Below, in pieces: positions 1 through 13,913 of a stretch of DNA of 64,000 nucleotides. Made by a program: the position numbers and the translations under genes. This DNA is from Eledone cirrhosa (lineage: Eukaryota), in contig OZ024754.1 in NCBI GenBank assembly GCA_964016885.1, positions 28,148,001 to 28,212,000 on the forward strand, read 5' to 3'. Below the pieces are notes generated by a model. That model made no database searches. It had not been told where the DNA came from and saw only the letters and a program-made list of their open reading frames with translations. How positions within the stretch are numbered: position 1 is the stretch's first letter; each line of letters opens with the position of its first letter.

Positions 1-100
1 ACAAGACCTCTCTTATCATAGATGTAAATACATACATACATACATACATACATACATACATACATACATACATACATACATACATACATACATACATACA

Positions 101-945
101 AAGTTGTGCATGGATACTTGAGGCGTAAAACACAGACCATAGAGGGGATAAACCACTCAAAAAGCCTGGCATGGAGTTCCGACAAGTTTATGACATCACA
201 CCTTGAGGGATATCTCTATGCAATACAGGAACAAGAACTCCCTACCAAATATCTGCTGCACAAAAGAGGAGGGCCAGCAGCTGACAATAAATGTAGGCTA
301 TGTAAAACAAAGATCGAGGATGTAAGCCACATTGTTGCCAGCTGCGAAAGAATGTCATCTCGCTACTACCTCCCCATGAGACACGATGGGATAGCTAGAA
401 CTATCTGGAACGCACTTCGGAAAACAAAATTGACAACAAACGAGGAAGAATATATTGAGACAGATGGCACTAAGGAATACTGGTGGAACCTGAAAATAAA
501 AACTGCCACCAAATTAAAGCACAACCGGCCTGATATTGTAGTTTGGGACCACACATTGAAAACGTGTTCTGTTGTGGAGATCAGCTGCCCACTTGATGTA
601 AACGTTGTCAGAAAAATACAGGAGAAGGAGGACATCTACGGACCATTGATGAGGAGCTTACAAATCCAGTATCCAAGATACACCTTTAGCTTCATACCCA
701 TCATTATTGGTGCTACGGGTTATATACCAACCCGCTTGGACCAAAGTATGACCGAACTTGGATTTGCGGACAAAAAGCGCAGCTCCCTAATTCATAGTCT
801 ACAAATGGCTGCGATAGCTGGCACCTTCAAAATATGCAAAACATTCTTGCGATTCAAGGGATGACAATTTCTTTTCTTTTACAACCTTGCCACCAGGAAG
901 GTGGCCGGTCAAAAAAATATACTCGAAATTAAGAGAAAGAGAAAA
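101..945 (+). mobile_element. 5'-truncated R4/Dong-like non-LTR retrotransposon (CCHC knuckle + RLE endonuclease), in (TACA)n
   Basis: ORF 106-864: AIQEQ, CRLC..EDVSHIVASC, RHD, RPDIVVWD, E..K; (TACA)n on both sides. Confidence 0.88.
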
Positions 946-964
946 CATACATACATACATACAT

Positions 965-1365
965 ACCTTCAGATTTATGTCTGTGATTATTGGGACACTG
1001 GAATATGTTAGTAACTGCCTCAATACAAATCTTGAGAAGCTGAGCTTCACATGAACCGAAAGAACACAACTAGTTAGGAAATCACAAGTACAATGCATTA
1101 ATGGAACTGTAAAAATATGTAAAACATTCCAAAAATGTTGCATCCAATAACTGCATATACGCATGTACAGATACTAAGCACACATACAACTCAAAACATA
1201 TCCACACATACAATAACATCCATATCTACACATGCATGCATGCAGACATGTATACATATCTACCTAGTTGATGTTGTGTAAATTCCAATGAGAGGGTCTT
1301 GTGTCTATGTTAGAAACCGACTCTCTCCCTATTGGCAAAAATTTGTGAAATTATAAAACCAGAAG
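965..1365 (+). mobile_element. Degenerate 3' end of a second R4-like RLE LINE subfamily, in (TACA)n
   Basis: Translates to FRFMSVIIGTL...GTVKICKTF, homologous to the C-terminus of ORF 106-864; its 3' terminus recurs at 24381-24411. Confidence 0.7.
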
Positions 1366-2716
1366 AACATACATATATACATACATGCATACATACTTAC
1401 ATATATACATACATACATACATATATACATACAATCATACATACACAAATACATACATACATATATGTGTGTGTGTGTGTGTATACAAGGCGGCAGATTA
1501 CAAATTCCGGTCCACTTCGCTTTGAGTTCAAACTCCGTCGAAGTCAACTTTGCCTTTCAAACCCTTTCGAGGTCGATACATGAAGTTTAATACTGGGTCG
1601 TGTCTATTTCTTTCTTTCTCCGGATTAAGATGTCGAAGACGGTACGGTACTCCTTACGTCCCCATCCTTTGGGGGTTTTTTCCATGTTTGTTTGGTTTTT
1701 TAAATAACACAATTTTGTTTACTACTTAAGAGAGTTTCCCAAACCCTACATAGTTAAATAGACAAAGAAAGAGAAAATATTAAGTTAAAACCTACCGATA
1801 AATACGATCTTGAGCAAAGCCACAGCGAACGGTATCATAGATATATCACTAACCAGATATTGGCTGAATTGAAAGAACCCATTGGGCTTCAGATTGATTA
1901 GTAGTGAATCCACATCAATCATCTTGGAAGCTTATTATTACTAATGATGAAGTTGGTGGTGTAGATGAGGTGGAGGAAGACGGTGTTGATATTGTAGGTG
2001 ATGTTATTGCAAATACAATCTTCTTTCAGCTTCAAATTTCAATGCATTTACGTATAATACATATATCTACTTGACTATGCAGTTTATATTACTTATTATT
2101 ATTAATGATGATGATGATAATGATGATGATGAAGATAGTGGTGATAATGATACCGATGATAATGATAATGTAGCTGGTTCTGGTTGCAAAACACAGTCGT
2201 CTCTAATCTTGTAGTTCAATTATGTTGGCTTGGTTTTGCTAATAGTTAATATTATCAGATTCCATTGCCGAGGTTGACTTTGCGTTTCATCCTCACGGGG
2301 TCGATAAAATAAAGTACCAGTAATGCACTGGGTAATAACAATTATGAAGATAATAATAATAATGGTGACAAGGATGATGATGACAATGATGATGTTTTTG
2401 ATGATGATGATAATATATCTGATGCTGCTTCCGTTTCAATGTGTCTTACATATAATACATATTATATATTATATTTTCTAGTCTCCACAAGTATACTCCG
2501 CCTGTCTATTTCAGCTTTGAGACACTTTGGATTCCTCTTCGGCCAGCAACAAGCTATATGAGCAGCGATGAAAACATTTCTTGTTTTGTGCATAAATGAG
2601 TGGATGTATGTGCAAGGCGGAGGCGGGGCGCCAATGATTTTAGATAGTATTAATTTCGTGTCTTATCAAAGTCAAATATGAAATCGACATAGTTTCTTTC
2701 TTTGGCTATACAAATT

Positions 2717-2916
<200 letters not shown>

Positions 2917-3130
2917 GTTAAGGGTGAAAGCAGCGATTCTTTGCTTAAACTTTAATCTGTTATTTTAATATATATATATATATATTATAAATCATGTCCT
3001 TAGAATGATTATGATTTATAATATATTGCTCTGATTATTTAATTTATTATTTAATTTATTAATTCTTCATAGAGCTTAAAAGTGACCGGTTGCAACATAT
3101 ATATATCTATAACTTTATGTATGTGTAACC

Positions 3131-3192
<62 letters not shown>

Positions 3193-3235
3193 CGTTTCTG
3201 AATTTCTTATTGGCAACATGACCCTCCCAAAGCAT

Positions 3236-3308
<73 letters not shown>

Positions 3309-3432
3309 AAGAAAGAAGAGTAACATGGTTGGCTGTACAATAAGGGCTTTATTCAAAGTTCTGACAATTGTATTATATATATATATATATAATTGTTATA
3401 TATATATATATATATATATTTGCATTCCCTTG

Positions 3433-3500
<68 letters not shown>

Positions 3501-3502
<2 letters not shown>

Positions 3503-4295
3503 CAAGGGAATGCAAATATAGGAAATATCTTAAAATAAATTTTAAAAAATTCACTGTACTTACTATATGTGCCCTTACCGCGGTTTCAAATCCTAAACGA
3601 ATAGATAATCCAAACGGATTTCCATTGAGAAAGAGATTATCGTTAGAAGGGATTTCTCTCTTGGAGAATATAAAATTTACGAGTTAAAAATTACAAACTG
3701 GCGCCATTTCAAACTGCCTCAGAATGAGAGCAAATGAATGATAAAGCAGTTTTGTCATGCATGGTACCGTGTGCAAAGGCAAAAGCACAGTGGACAGATC
3801 AATCCTGTACTGCTAAAAATAGCAGCCATTCAAACGACCAATGGTTTCTCTGCCATTGGGGAGAATAATAATAAAAGTATGTGTTCCTACATGTAATTAA
3901 TACACACAGGGACACAAGTATAGTCCGACCATATGCCAGTGTGGTTCAATGGCAAGCTAATAAATTAACAAGCCAGAACATATAAGATCAAGGGAATGCA
4001 AATATAGGAAAAAATCTTAAAATGAATTAAAAAAAACCCACTGTACTTACTATATGTACCCTTACCCCGGTTTCAAATCCTAGACAAATAGATAATCCAA
4101 GCGTATTTCCATTGAGAAAGAGATTATCGTCAGAAGGTATTTCTCTCTCGGAAAATATAAAATTCCCGAGTTAAAAATTAGTAGCTGGCGACATTCCAAA
4201 CTGCCTCAGAAAAGAAGCAAATGAAGGATAAAGCAGTTTTGTCATGGTACCGTGTGCAAAGGCAAAAGCACGGTGGACAGGTCAATCCTGTACTG

Positions 4296-4297
<2 letters not shown>
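3501..4297. repeat. Tandem direct repeat (about 487-bp unit plus partial second unit) between (TA)n tracts; probable non-autonomous PLE terminal repeat
   Basis: 3501-3815 is repeated at 3987-4297; inverted stub at 3418-3435; the minus strand has GAAACCGCGGTA, the 3' half of a hammerhead-like motif. Confidence 0.6.
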
Positions 4298-4382
<85 letters not shown>

Positions 4383-4781
4383 AAAACAGTGTATATATAT
4401 TTATTAAAATAACAGATCAAAGTTTAAGCAAAGAATCACTGTTTTCACCCTTAACGGGATCTTCTGAAACTAACAAAGTCAATCTGTAAACGCAGAGCTG
4501 GATATTTCAAAAAACGTTGCAACCGGAGGAAGACAGGAAGACGATACTTTGGTTCGTGGTAACGTTCGCTGGCAAAGAACGGGAAAAAACGAGTAGTACG
4601 TCATTAATAGGAGCGGTGAAAAACAATTACGCGCAAAGACAGAACCACGTTTATGGTATAAAAGAGGTCGTAGACTAATGTTCTCTTAGGTGGTGCATAG
4701 AGACGTTCTCTGGCAATGAACGAAAAAACGAAGATAAGATCAGTAACCTCTGCAGAGTCACTGGCGCCCATACTCACGTCA

Positions 4782-6125
4782 CCACTTCTCCTTAGAGCTA
4801 TCAATTTCGCTAAAACACTCACAGTGGTTAAGGATTTTGAAGTTGATGTCAACCTTAATGCCCGAAAGTCGGTGATTAATTTCGACGACTCTATTTGGAT
4901 TAAAAAATCCAATAGTACCCCATTCGACGTGAGTATGGGCGCCAGTGACTTTGCGGAGGTTACTGATCTTATTGGCCTTTTCCTTCTTTTCTCTATCAAG
5001 GACGAATTCCCCAACGCGGGCGGTGGTTTGTACCGTGACGATGGTCTTTTGACCATGACTAAGTGCGGACCTCGTGCTTGCGACAGGTTCAGAAAAGAAC
5101 GCACAGCCTTCTTTAAAGGCTTCAACCTCTCTATACAGGTTGAGGCCAATCTCTCGGTCGTTAATTACCTCGACGTTACCCTCAATTTATTGAATGGGTT
5201 GTATTACCCGTATAGAAAGCCGAATGATACGCTTAATTACATAAGTAAGCATTCCAACCATCCTGCCAGCATAACCAAGAACCTGGTAAGAAACGTTTCG
5301 TTGAGGCTTTCCCGTCTTTCCACCAACGAGCGCATTTTCAACGACCATTCCACTTATTACAATGAAGCTCTTGCTCGAAGTGGATTTGTCGATAAGGTAG
5401 CATATACTGAGTACGAAAATAGACCTAGAAGAAATAGATCCCGTCGCATTTGTTGGTTTAACCCACCATATAATATGGAGGTGGCCACACCATTAGCTAA
5501 GATCTGTCTTTCCCTTATTACGAAGCATTTTCCCCCTACACATAAATATAGTAAATTTTTTAATAGAAATACTATTAAAATTTCTTACTCTACGACTCCT
5601 AACCTTGCACATAACATCACAGCTTCAAATTTAGCTAAACTACCTAGCCGTAGGAACACGTGCAACCCTGTAGTTAGTACTAACTGTAATTGTAGGAATC
5701 GGGCTGATTGACCCCTATCCGGGAAATGCCTCTCTAGTAACATTGTCTACAAATGTAAGGTTGTAACACCCACGTCCCGTAGGGCCTACATAGGGCTAAC
5801 CGCCAATAGTTTCAAGCAGCGTCTTTACATGCATACCCATTCTTTTGATTACCCTCTAAGAAGGAATATGACGTCACTTTCAGCTTATAACTGGAGTCTA
5901 AAAGACAACCACACCCAATATAAGTTACACTGGGAGATCCTAGCTAGGGCTAGATCGTATAACGGAAATAAAAGACCATGTGACCTCTGCGCCGCTGAGG
6001 CCCTGGAAATACTCTACGCCACAGACCACATCTTAAACAAAAAATCTGAGGCAATTTCGGCTTGTAAACATAAATTGCACAAAACTTTCCTGTATTACAG
6101 CCCCACGTTATACCCTAACGGATAG
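4782..6125 (+). CDS. PLE reverse transcriptase + GIY-YIG endonuclease, partial; single in-frame TGA at 5709-5711
   Basis: ORFs 4716-5711 and 5829-6125 share one frame, and the sequence between them is open (PLSGKCLSSNIVYKCKV...YIGLTANSFKQR). Confidence 0.8.
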
Positions 6126-7047
6126 CACGATCTATACGTGGATATTTTACGTCTTGATGTAGGAGCTAAGTATATGTTTGTTTATTCCTTTACTTATTTG
6201 CATAGGTAAGTATATATTACCCGTATGTTTTGTGAAGGTATGTATACCTTCTCGTACGTATATTTGACTGTTATGGCGTATAATTTTTACATATTCTGGT
6301 ATTTAGGGTTTGGCTATGTGTATACGGGAGTTTTGCGTCTGCGTGAGTATGCAGGTTCGTACGTATGGTGGGTGTGTGTATATGTGTACTTCTTGTTTTA
6401 GTTGACTTACGTCTCCGAACATTCGTGTATTTATATGTAGGTATGTGCGTGCGCTTATTATATACGTATTTATTTACTTATATACGTTTATATAATTATT
6501 TATTTATTTGTACACAAGCATACACACACACACATATTTATATGTGCGTGGTTTTGTATACCTATGGTAAGGTTTTGCGTATGCTTGTGTATGTACGTAT
6601 CTGTTTGCGTGTATGTATTTATTTGTTTCTATTACTTCTGTATTGTATTTACTTTGTTCTTAACTCTGTAGCGGAGATTCATTTGGTCTCCTAGTTAGAA
6701 TTTTAGTCTACGACTTCTGCTTACCATTTACGTGATTTTGTCTTTGCGTGCTATTGTTCTCCACGCTCCACATATGACTTATTATCTTCGTTTTTTCGTT
6801 CATTGCCAGAGAACGTCTCTATGCAACACCTAAGAGAACATTAGTCTACGACCTCTTTTATACCATAAACGTGGTTCTGTCTTTGCGCGTAATTGTTTTT
6901 CACCGCTCCTATTAATGACGTATTATTCGTTTTTTCCCGTTCTTTGCCAGCGAACGTTACCACGAACCAAAGTATCGTCTTTCTGTCTTCCTCCGGTTGC
7001 AACGTTTTTTGAAATATCCAGTTCTGCGTTTACAGATTGACTTTGTT

Positions 7048-7098
7048 AGTTTCAGAAGATCCCGTTAAGGGTGAAAGCAGTGATTCTTTGCTTAAACT
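7048..7098 (+). ncRNA. Variant hammerhead in the Naiad pseudo-LTR (mirror copy 4421-4471, minus strand)
   Basis: agttt-CAGAAGA-t ccc gttaa ggg t-GAAA-gca..tgc-TT-aaact; U4A in both copies. Confidence 0.55.
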
Positions 7099-7204
7099 TT
7101 AATCTGTTATTTTAATAAATATTTGCTCTACGGTTCTTATATATTTGATATATATTTTCCTTATCGAGCCCTCTTTGGATTTTAGTCTTCAATTTTATTA
7201 TTAT

Positions 7205-7240
<36 letters not shown>

Positions 7241-7379
7241 CTTCCAGACATAGGTCTGGAATCATCGGAGCATATACAATGTAGTATATCTGATATTTTA
7301 CATTGAGCTAATTATCTTACGGGTAATCGGGTAATACACAATATTACCTTTATCTTATAATTGTATATATAAGTATAAC

Positions 7380-7422
<43 letters not shown>

Positions 7423-7424
<2 letters not shown>

Positions 7425-10400
7425 AGTTGCATTTATCTTGCTTTATGTTCATACGAGTTATCACCAAGTCACAACCAGTGACCTCAAGAGACAACAAGGT
7501 CCGCCATGTTCAAGAAAGAACATACATATTCACACATGCATCTTTAGTGTTTAGACTTGTGATGTACTTATATTGACAGAATCTTCCTTAGTATATGGGC
7601 AGTTCCCATTAGTACTATCTTTTGTATTTCTCCTATATGCGGGTTTCCTGGGATTTGCGATAAGTAATCATTAGCCCCCTTAGGTATCATTCCCAGAGCG
7701 CCTACAACCACTGGTATTGTTTTAGTTCTCAATTTCCACATTTTTCCAATTTCTATCTCCAGGTCCTTATACTTGCTCAATTTTTCAAATGTTTTTATAG
7801 ATACATTCTTGTCTATTGAAACAGACATATCAATTAGCAGGCTACCCTCTTTTGAAAGTTTTTCAATATTATATCAGGTCTGTTTGCATCTATTTTTCGG
7901 TCTGTTTGGATGCTAAAGTACCACAAGATTGAGATGTGATCTTTTTCAAGTATGGGAGGTGGTTGATGCTCCCACCAATTCTTTTGATGGGGCAGGTCAA
8001 AATGCTTACACATTATCCAATGTATGTATTGTGCAGCTCTGTCATGCCTGTTTAGGTATTCGGTTGGAGCTATAGGACTGCACATTGAAATTATATGGTC
8101 AATTGTCTCTGGTTGTTTTTTGCATACACGGCATAATGGGCTGCACCCATTTTTTATTATGTTGGCTTGGTAATTTTTTGTTGGCAGACACTGATCTTGT
8201 GCTGATATAATCAGTCCTTCAGTCTCCGATTTCAGTCCAGAGGATCCAACCACTGATGGGTTAAAGTTTTGTCAACATCAGGATTGTTAGCTCGCTCTGG
8301 GTATTTTCCATACAGAGGCTTTTCTTGCCATTTCTTAGACAGTTTCTGTAGCAGTTCTTTCTTTGCAGTTACTTTTACCTGCTTTGCTTTTTCTGTGTTT
8401 TCCATTTCAGCAGTAAATGGGACTTCTGAAATTTGTAGTCCATTACTGTATCTGTGTGCATCTTTTGTAATGGAATATGATCTTTTGATGCTTTCGTGTT
8501 TCAAAACGAGTTTGATCATCCAATCATGTGATTCCCTTAGATATGTAGATAATCCAATTGTTGCAGTTTTCAACGCAATGTCTAACTGGATTAACCCACG
8601 TCCTCCTTCTTTCCTAGGGAGATATATTCTATCTATATCTGCCTTAGGGTGATGCATTCTGTGCATGGTTAAGAATTTTCGAATTTTTGTATCGAGCCTA
8701 CGGATCTCTGTGCTTGACCAGTTGATGACATTGTAACTATAGGTTACTACTGGTATGGCAAGCGTGTTTATGGCATCGATCCTATTCCTTGCATTCAATT
8801 CCGTTCTTAAGATTGCTCTTACTCTGCGGTAACATTCCTTCCTTATCCTTTCCCTCATTGTCGAGTGCTTGATTCCGTCTCCTTCACAAACACCTAGATA
8901 TTTGTAAGTTTTTTCTTGATCAAGTTCTCTTATCACGTTCCCCCGATCAAGATTAATGTCTGAACTCTTCAGCAGCTTTCCTCTGGTGAACGTTGCTTTG
9001 GCGCATTTATCTAGTCCAAACTCCATTTTAATGTCATCACTGAACTGCTTCACAGTGGATAATAGCCCTTGCAATTGTTCATCATTTTTTGCAAATAGTT
9101 TCAGGTCATCCATGTAGAACAGGTGATTAATGGTTTTGTCATAGACTTTATATCCATGTTTTGTTTCATTGAGCATTTTACTTAATGGTATAAGTGCGAT
9201 GCAGAATAAAAGCGGTGATAAAGAGTCACCCTGAAAAATTCCACAATTAATATTAACTTCTCCAGCTTCCAGTGATTTTGTTTCACTATTCAAAAGGAGT
9301 GTCGTTTTCCATGTCTTTATACTGAATGACAAAAACCCCCTGACAACGGGGGATACTTTGAAAATCTCTAAATATTTTTCAATCCAACTGTGTGGCAAAC
9401 TATCAAATGCTTTTTTATAATCTATCCAAGCAATCGATAGATTTTTGTGTCTATTATGACAATCTTCCAATATCATTTTGTTAACCAGAAGCTGATCCCT
9501 ACAGCCATATGAGCCTCGTTTACACCCTTTCTGCTCAATGGGAAATAGGTCATTTGTTATCAGGTGGTCATATGTGTATTCAGTTAGGACTGATGTTAAA
9601 ATTTTATACATTGTGGTCAAGCAAGTTATCGGTCTGTAATTTTGGGGATTGTTTGTCTCATCATTCTTCGGAAGCAGGAATGTAATGCCGTTAACTAGTC
9701 ATGAAGGTATCTTTTCTGGCTCCTTAACTATTTCATTGTAAAGTTGGGCTAACAGCTCATGAGACTCTGTGAAGGCATTTATCCAAAAGTTTTGTATTTT
9801 GTCTTTTCCTGGGGATTTCCATTTGCTGGTTTTTCTTAGAGCCAAGCGCAACTGTTCAACTGTTATATTTTCCCATGTTTGTTCCTCATGGTGAGCTGTA
9901 TCTTTCATTTGTCTGTCTGTCCATGGGGCATGTATGTTATGAACTATTTCTTCGGCCCAGATCTTTTCCCAGAATTCTTGCACTTCCTCCTTGGGTGGTA
10001 TTGATTTAGCAGTTATTGTTGACTTACCAATTTTTCTGTAGAAGTTTCTTTGGTTGTTTTTGAACATATTATTGTCCTTATAGAATCTAGATCGTTTTTC
10101 AAAGCGCCTTATACGAGCAGCATTGGCCGACACTTTTTGCTTGATTATTTCTATCAGCATGTCTATCTCACATGTTGATTTTATACTGTACTTTTTTTTC
10201 AATTTTCTAAGTTTAGTTTGTTTAACATGTTCACCTACTTTATAGTTTGTTAAAATTTCTATGTCAGATCGGAGAAGGTTTATTTGGCGATTGATGTTCT
10301 CTTGCCAAGTAGATTTCTTGTGGGAATTCCTTTGTTTTTTCATCTTCACTCCACATAAGTGAGTGGTGACTTTAGCCGATGCATAATAGAGATGATTTAA

Positions 10401-11365
10401 ATCAGTAATGTTTAGTTTGTTTGCGATGATAATGTTTTTGAGAAATATGTTAGTCTTGTGTATTATCTTTTGGTTCTGTTTGGAGTTCTGGATCTTAGGG
10501 AGGGTGTCTCGTTGCCCCATGTCAGATTCTTTCATTTTCATCCATTCGATCATAATTTCATCCTTCAAGTTGGCAAGTTCATTCTCATTCATTTCTTTAT
10601 CATTTACGATCTCATTATTTTCATTTGGAGTTTCATCCTGAGCATGCACTCCCTCCACTTTTTCGATCCTTTCTTTAATTTGTTCGGTTGCCAGTGATTC
10701 CGCCCCAACCCTGGGATTCGAAGTGTTACAGTTTACCTCGTTTTCCCTTCGCTGACTTTGTGCTACTAGCTTGATCTGATCAATTTCTATATCAGTTAGT
10801 AACTTTTTTCTTACAATATTTCTTCGTATATTGGCTAGTTTGTTACTGTCAATATAGCCTCTGTTTTCGGGATGTTTCTTTTTCCAGTTGATATATGTCT
10901 GTTCTGTATTCGATGTATTTGATGGGTAGTACATGGCAGTGTAGAAAGCCTCAAGGACTTCTTTATTATCTTCCCTTGACCATTTTTCTCTCTTTTTCTT
11001 TGGATTTCTTGGTGGTGAGCATGGAGGGCCAACAGTAGGAGTATTCCGGTTATGGGAGGTCTCCAGCTCCGAAGTGATGGGAAGGTTTGAACCATTAGCT
11101 GATTTTTCGACCCCAGTCTGGTTCCTCTCTGAGGGACGCGGCCCTTTTTTACCCGGATGACGGCCGATCCGGTATGAGATTTTATCATTAGACATTTACT
11201 TTATTTTGTCGCGTTTTATCCTTATCCGCCAAGGGGTAATCATTTCGTGTTACCACTTCTAGAACGAGTGTCAACCAAGACTAGAGGGGTCGTTCTCCCC
11301 TAGAGACACGGCTATTCCCCGCCGGCCGCCATCCCGGTATTTCTTGGTCACGGGGTTTTCTTTTT
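7423..11365 (-). mobile_element. Near full-length Dong/R4-clade LINE (RT + CCHC + RLE), disabled by one stop and two frameshifts, in (TAA)n
   Basis: ORFs 9699-11195, 8232-9620, 7834-8253 and 7568-7828 form one polyprotein: KSPGKD, EQKGC, IDYKKAFD, GIFQGDSLSP, YMDDLKL, CRVC..H..C, RHD, RPDI; 5'UTR 11196-11365; (TTA)n on both flanks. Confidence 0.93.
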
Positions 11366-11401
11366 GTTGTTTTTATTATTATTATTATTATTATTATTGT
11401 T

Positions 11402-13913
11402 ATTGTTATTCCTTGAATCTCAGTCATTGATGTTGGTTAACTGGAAAGTCCGTTGGATTGAATATCAAGCCACTACCTGTAGCCTCAGATATTCAGGACG
11501 TATCGGAGGGTTCTTGCTGTTCCAAGCAAGCATGCCTTTTGAAGCGTTCCAAAAAGCGTGAAGGGGCCGATTTTCTTTAACCATCCCTGGAAACCTTTGG
11601 AGATAGTCCCCAGTGCGCCTATGACAATCGGGATCACTTTGACTTCATGGCAGTTCCAAATCCTTTTCACCTCCCACTTTAGGTCCTGGTATCGGTTAAT
11701 TTTCTCCCTCTCCTTCTCTTGCACTCTCGTGTCGAACGGGCAGGCCACATCCACAATCAGGCACGATCTTTTTTCTTTGTCCACAACCACCAGGTCAGGT
11801 CTATTGTGTTCCAGTTTTTTGTCCGTCTGTATCCTAAAATCCCACAGCACCTTCACCTGACTGTTCTCCATCACCGTCTCTGGCCTATGCTCATACCATT
11901 TCTCAGAATGTGGTAGATTGTTTACTTTGCACAGGTGCCAGTGGATCACCCTGCCCATCACATCGTGTCTCCAGCCCTTATAGTGGGTCTGGGCTAGGTG
12001 TTTACACTCGGACACAATGTGAGCCACAGTCTCCTCTCTCTCTCCACAGATCCTGCACAGTGGGCTAGCCTCCTCCTTGTAGATATGGTGCTTCAACCAC
12101 TTCGTTTTGAGGGCCTGCTCCTGCGCAGCCATTAGCATTCCTTCTGTAGCCTTTTTGAGGTCTCCTCTTCTCAACCAGTTCCATGTCTGTGGATCTCTAA
12201 ATTCAGTTTTCTCAAAGAAGGTACTATGAAGGGATTTTCCCTTAAGGCTGCTCTTCCTCCTTGATGTTATTTCCTCCTTGGATATCCCCTGGCCTACTGT
12301 CCCCTCCTTCAGTACAGCTCTGAGCATTGGCTCCTTACTATAGGTCACGTATTTGTATAGGTTGTTTTTCTCCATCTGAACACAGTCCTCTATGCTGATA
12401 AGACCTCTTCCACCCTCAGATCTCCTTAGGTAGAGTCTATCGACATCACTCCTCTTGTGGAACATGTTGTAGATAGTCAATAGCTTCCTAGTCTTCCTAT
12501 CCATTTCTTTTTGTTCAGCAACATTCCATCTCAGAATTCCCGCACTGTACCTAATAATAGACACAGCTCGGGAATTTACTGCGCTTATGGCATTTCTGCT
12601 GTTCGGATGTGACTTCAATACGCTCCTTACTCTCCGAATGTATTCAGTTCTTAACAATTCCTTCATTTTTTTGTTCTTTATGCCATCAGCCTCCAGAACG
12701 CCCAAATACTTGTATCCTTCCTCAGAGTCAATTTCCTTTATCATCTCACCTGTTGGTATCTGGATCCCGTTACTTCTGCTCAACCTACCCCTCTTCATCA
12801 CAATGACTCCACATTTACCAATACCAAACTGCATACATATATCACTGCTGAAAATACGGACAGTGTCAACAAGCACATCCAACTCCTTCTCACTTTTCCC
12901 GAAGAGCTTAAGATCGTCCATGAAGAGGAGGTGATTGATGGTAAGCTCTCCCCTTCCCAACTTGTATCCTGCTCTCACTTTTCGCAGCATAATGGTCAAG
13001 GGCATCAGGGCAAGGACAAACAACAGAGGGGACAGGCTATCTCCCTGGAAGATACCTCTCTTGATCTTCACGCTTCCCAAGGATACTCCAGTTGATGTCA
13101 ACTCTGTCTCCCAGGACCCCATACTCCTGCCCAGCAACTGTCTGATGTTATCTGCCACCCTGAAGATCTCCAGGCTTTTGGTGATCCAGGAATGAGGCAC
13201 CATGTCAAATGCCTTTCTGTAGTCTATCCATCCCATGGCAAGATCAGTGTGTCTCCTCCTGCAATTCCCCATTACCATCTTATCAATAAGCAACTGGTCC
13301 TTTGTACCACGTGACTTCTTTCGGCATCCTTTCTGTTCGTCCGGTAACAAGTTGTTTGTGTGGAGGTGATGGTAGATTTCCTCAGACACAATGCTCGTCA
13401 ACAGTTTCCACATTACGGGCAGACATGTGATAGGTCTATAGTTGGTAACATCATTACCCTTGATTCGGTCTTTCATTATCAGAACTGTGGTACCTTTTGT
13501 CAACCACTCTGGCACCTCACCCGACACCAAGCAGTCATTGAACATGGCCGTCAGCTTCGGGTGGAGGGATGTTAAATGTTTAATCCAATACCCCTGCACA
13601 CCATCTGGGCCTGGTGATTTCCAGTTGGTTAGTTTTTTGGCTTGCCCCTTAAGAGTTTCAACTGTGATACTCAAATCAGTCTGTTGTTGTGCCTGCTCAC
13701 CAATCTCCCTCTGTACTGTCTCAATCCACCCTGCCTGGGCATTGTGTCTAACATCCTGCTCCCATATTCCTCTCCAGAATGTTTTAGCTTGTTCCGCCCC
13801 AGGGATCAAGTCGTTGCCTCTTTCTTTCCCCTCAAGCTGTCCAAACAGCATCTTCTGGTTGTTGTCGAACATGCGGTTCTGTTTATACTGACTGACTCTG
13901 TTCTCGTATCGCC

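Larger units (their letters stand above)
4397..7200 (+). mobile_element. Penelope-like element (Naiad-type), 5'-truncated, with inverted pseudo-LTR at its 5' end
   Basis: RT motifs FDVSMG, GLYRDDGL, YLDVT, WFNPPY, KHFP; CNCR..PL.GKC finger; GIY-YIG (IVYKC..YIGLT); about 340-bp inverted repeats at 4397-4738 and 6782-7123; (TA)n flanks. Confidence 0.9.

Noticed and set aside
6126-7200. SECIS element for the Naiad UGA
   Set aside because: The ATGA/GTGA sites I inspected lack properly spaced AA and GA motifs; not called without SECISearch
9699-9701. In-frame TGA in the Dong ORF as selenocysteine or readthrough
   Set aside because: It aligns to Trp in the sister element (VPEWL), and this copy also has frameshifts, so it is ordinary TGG>TGA decay
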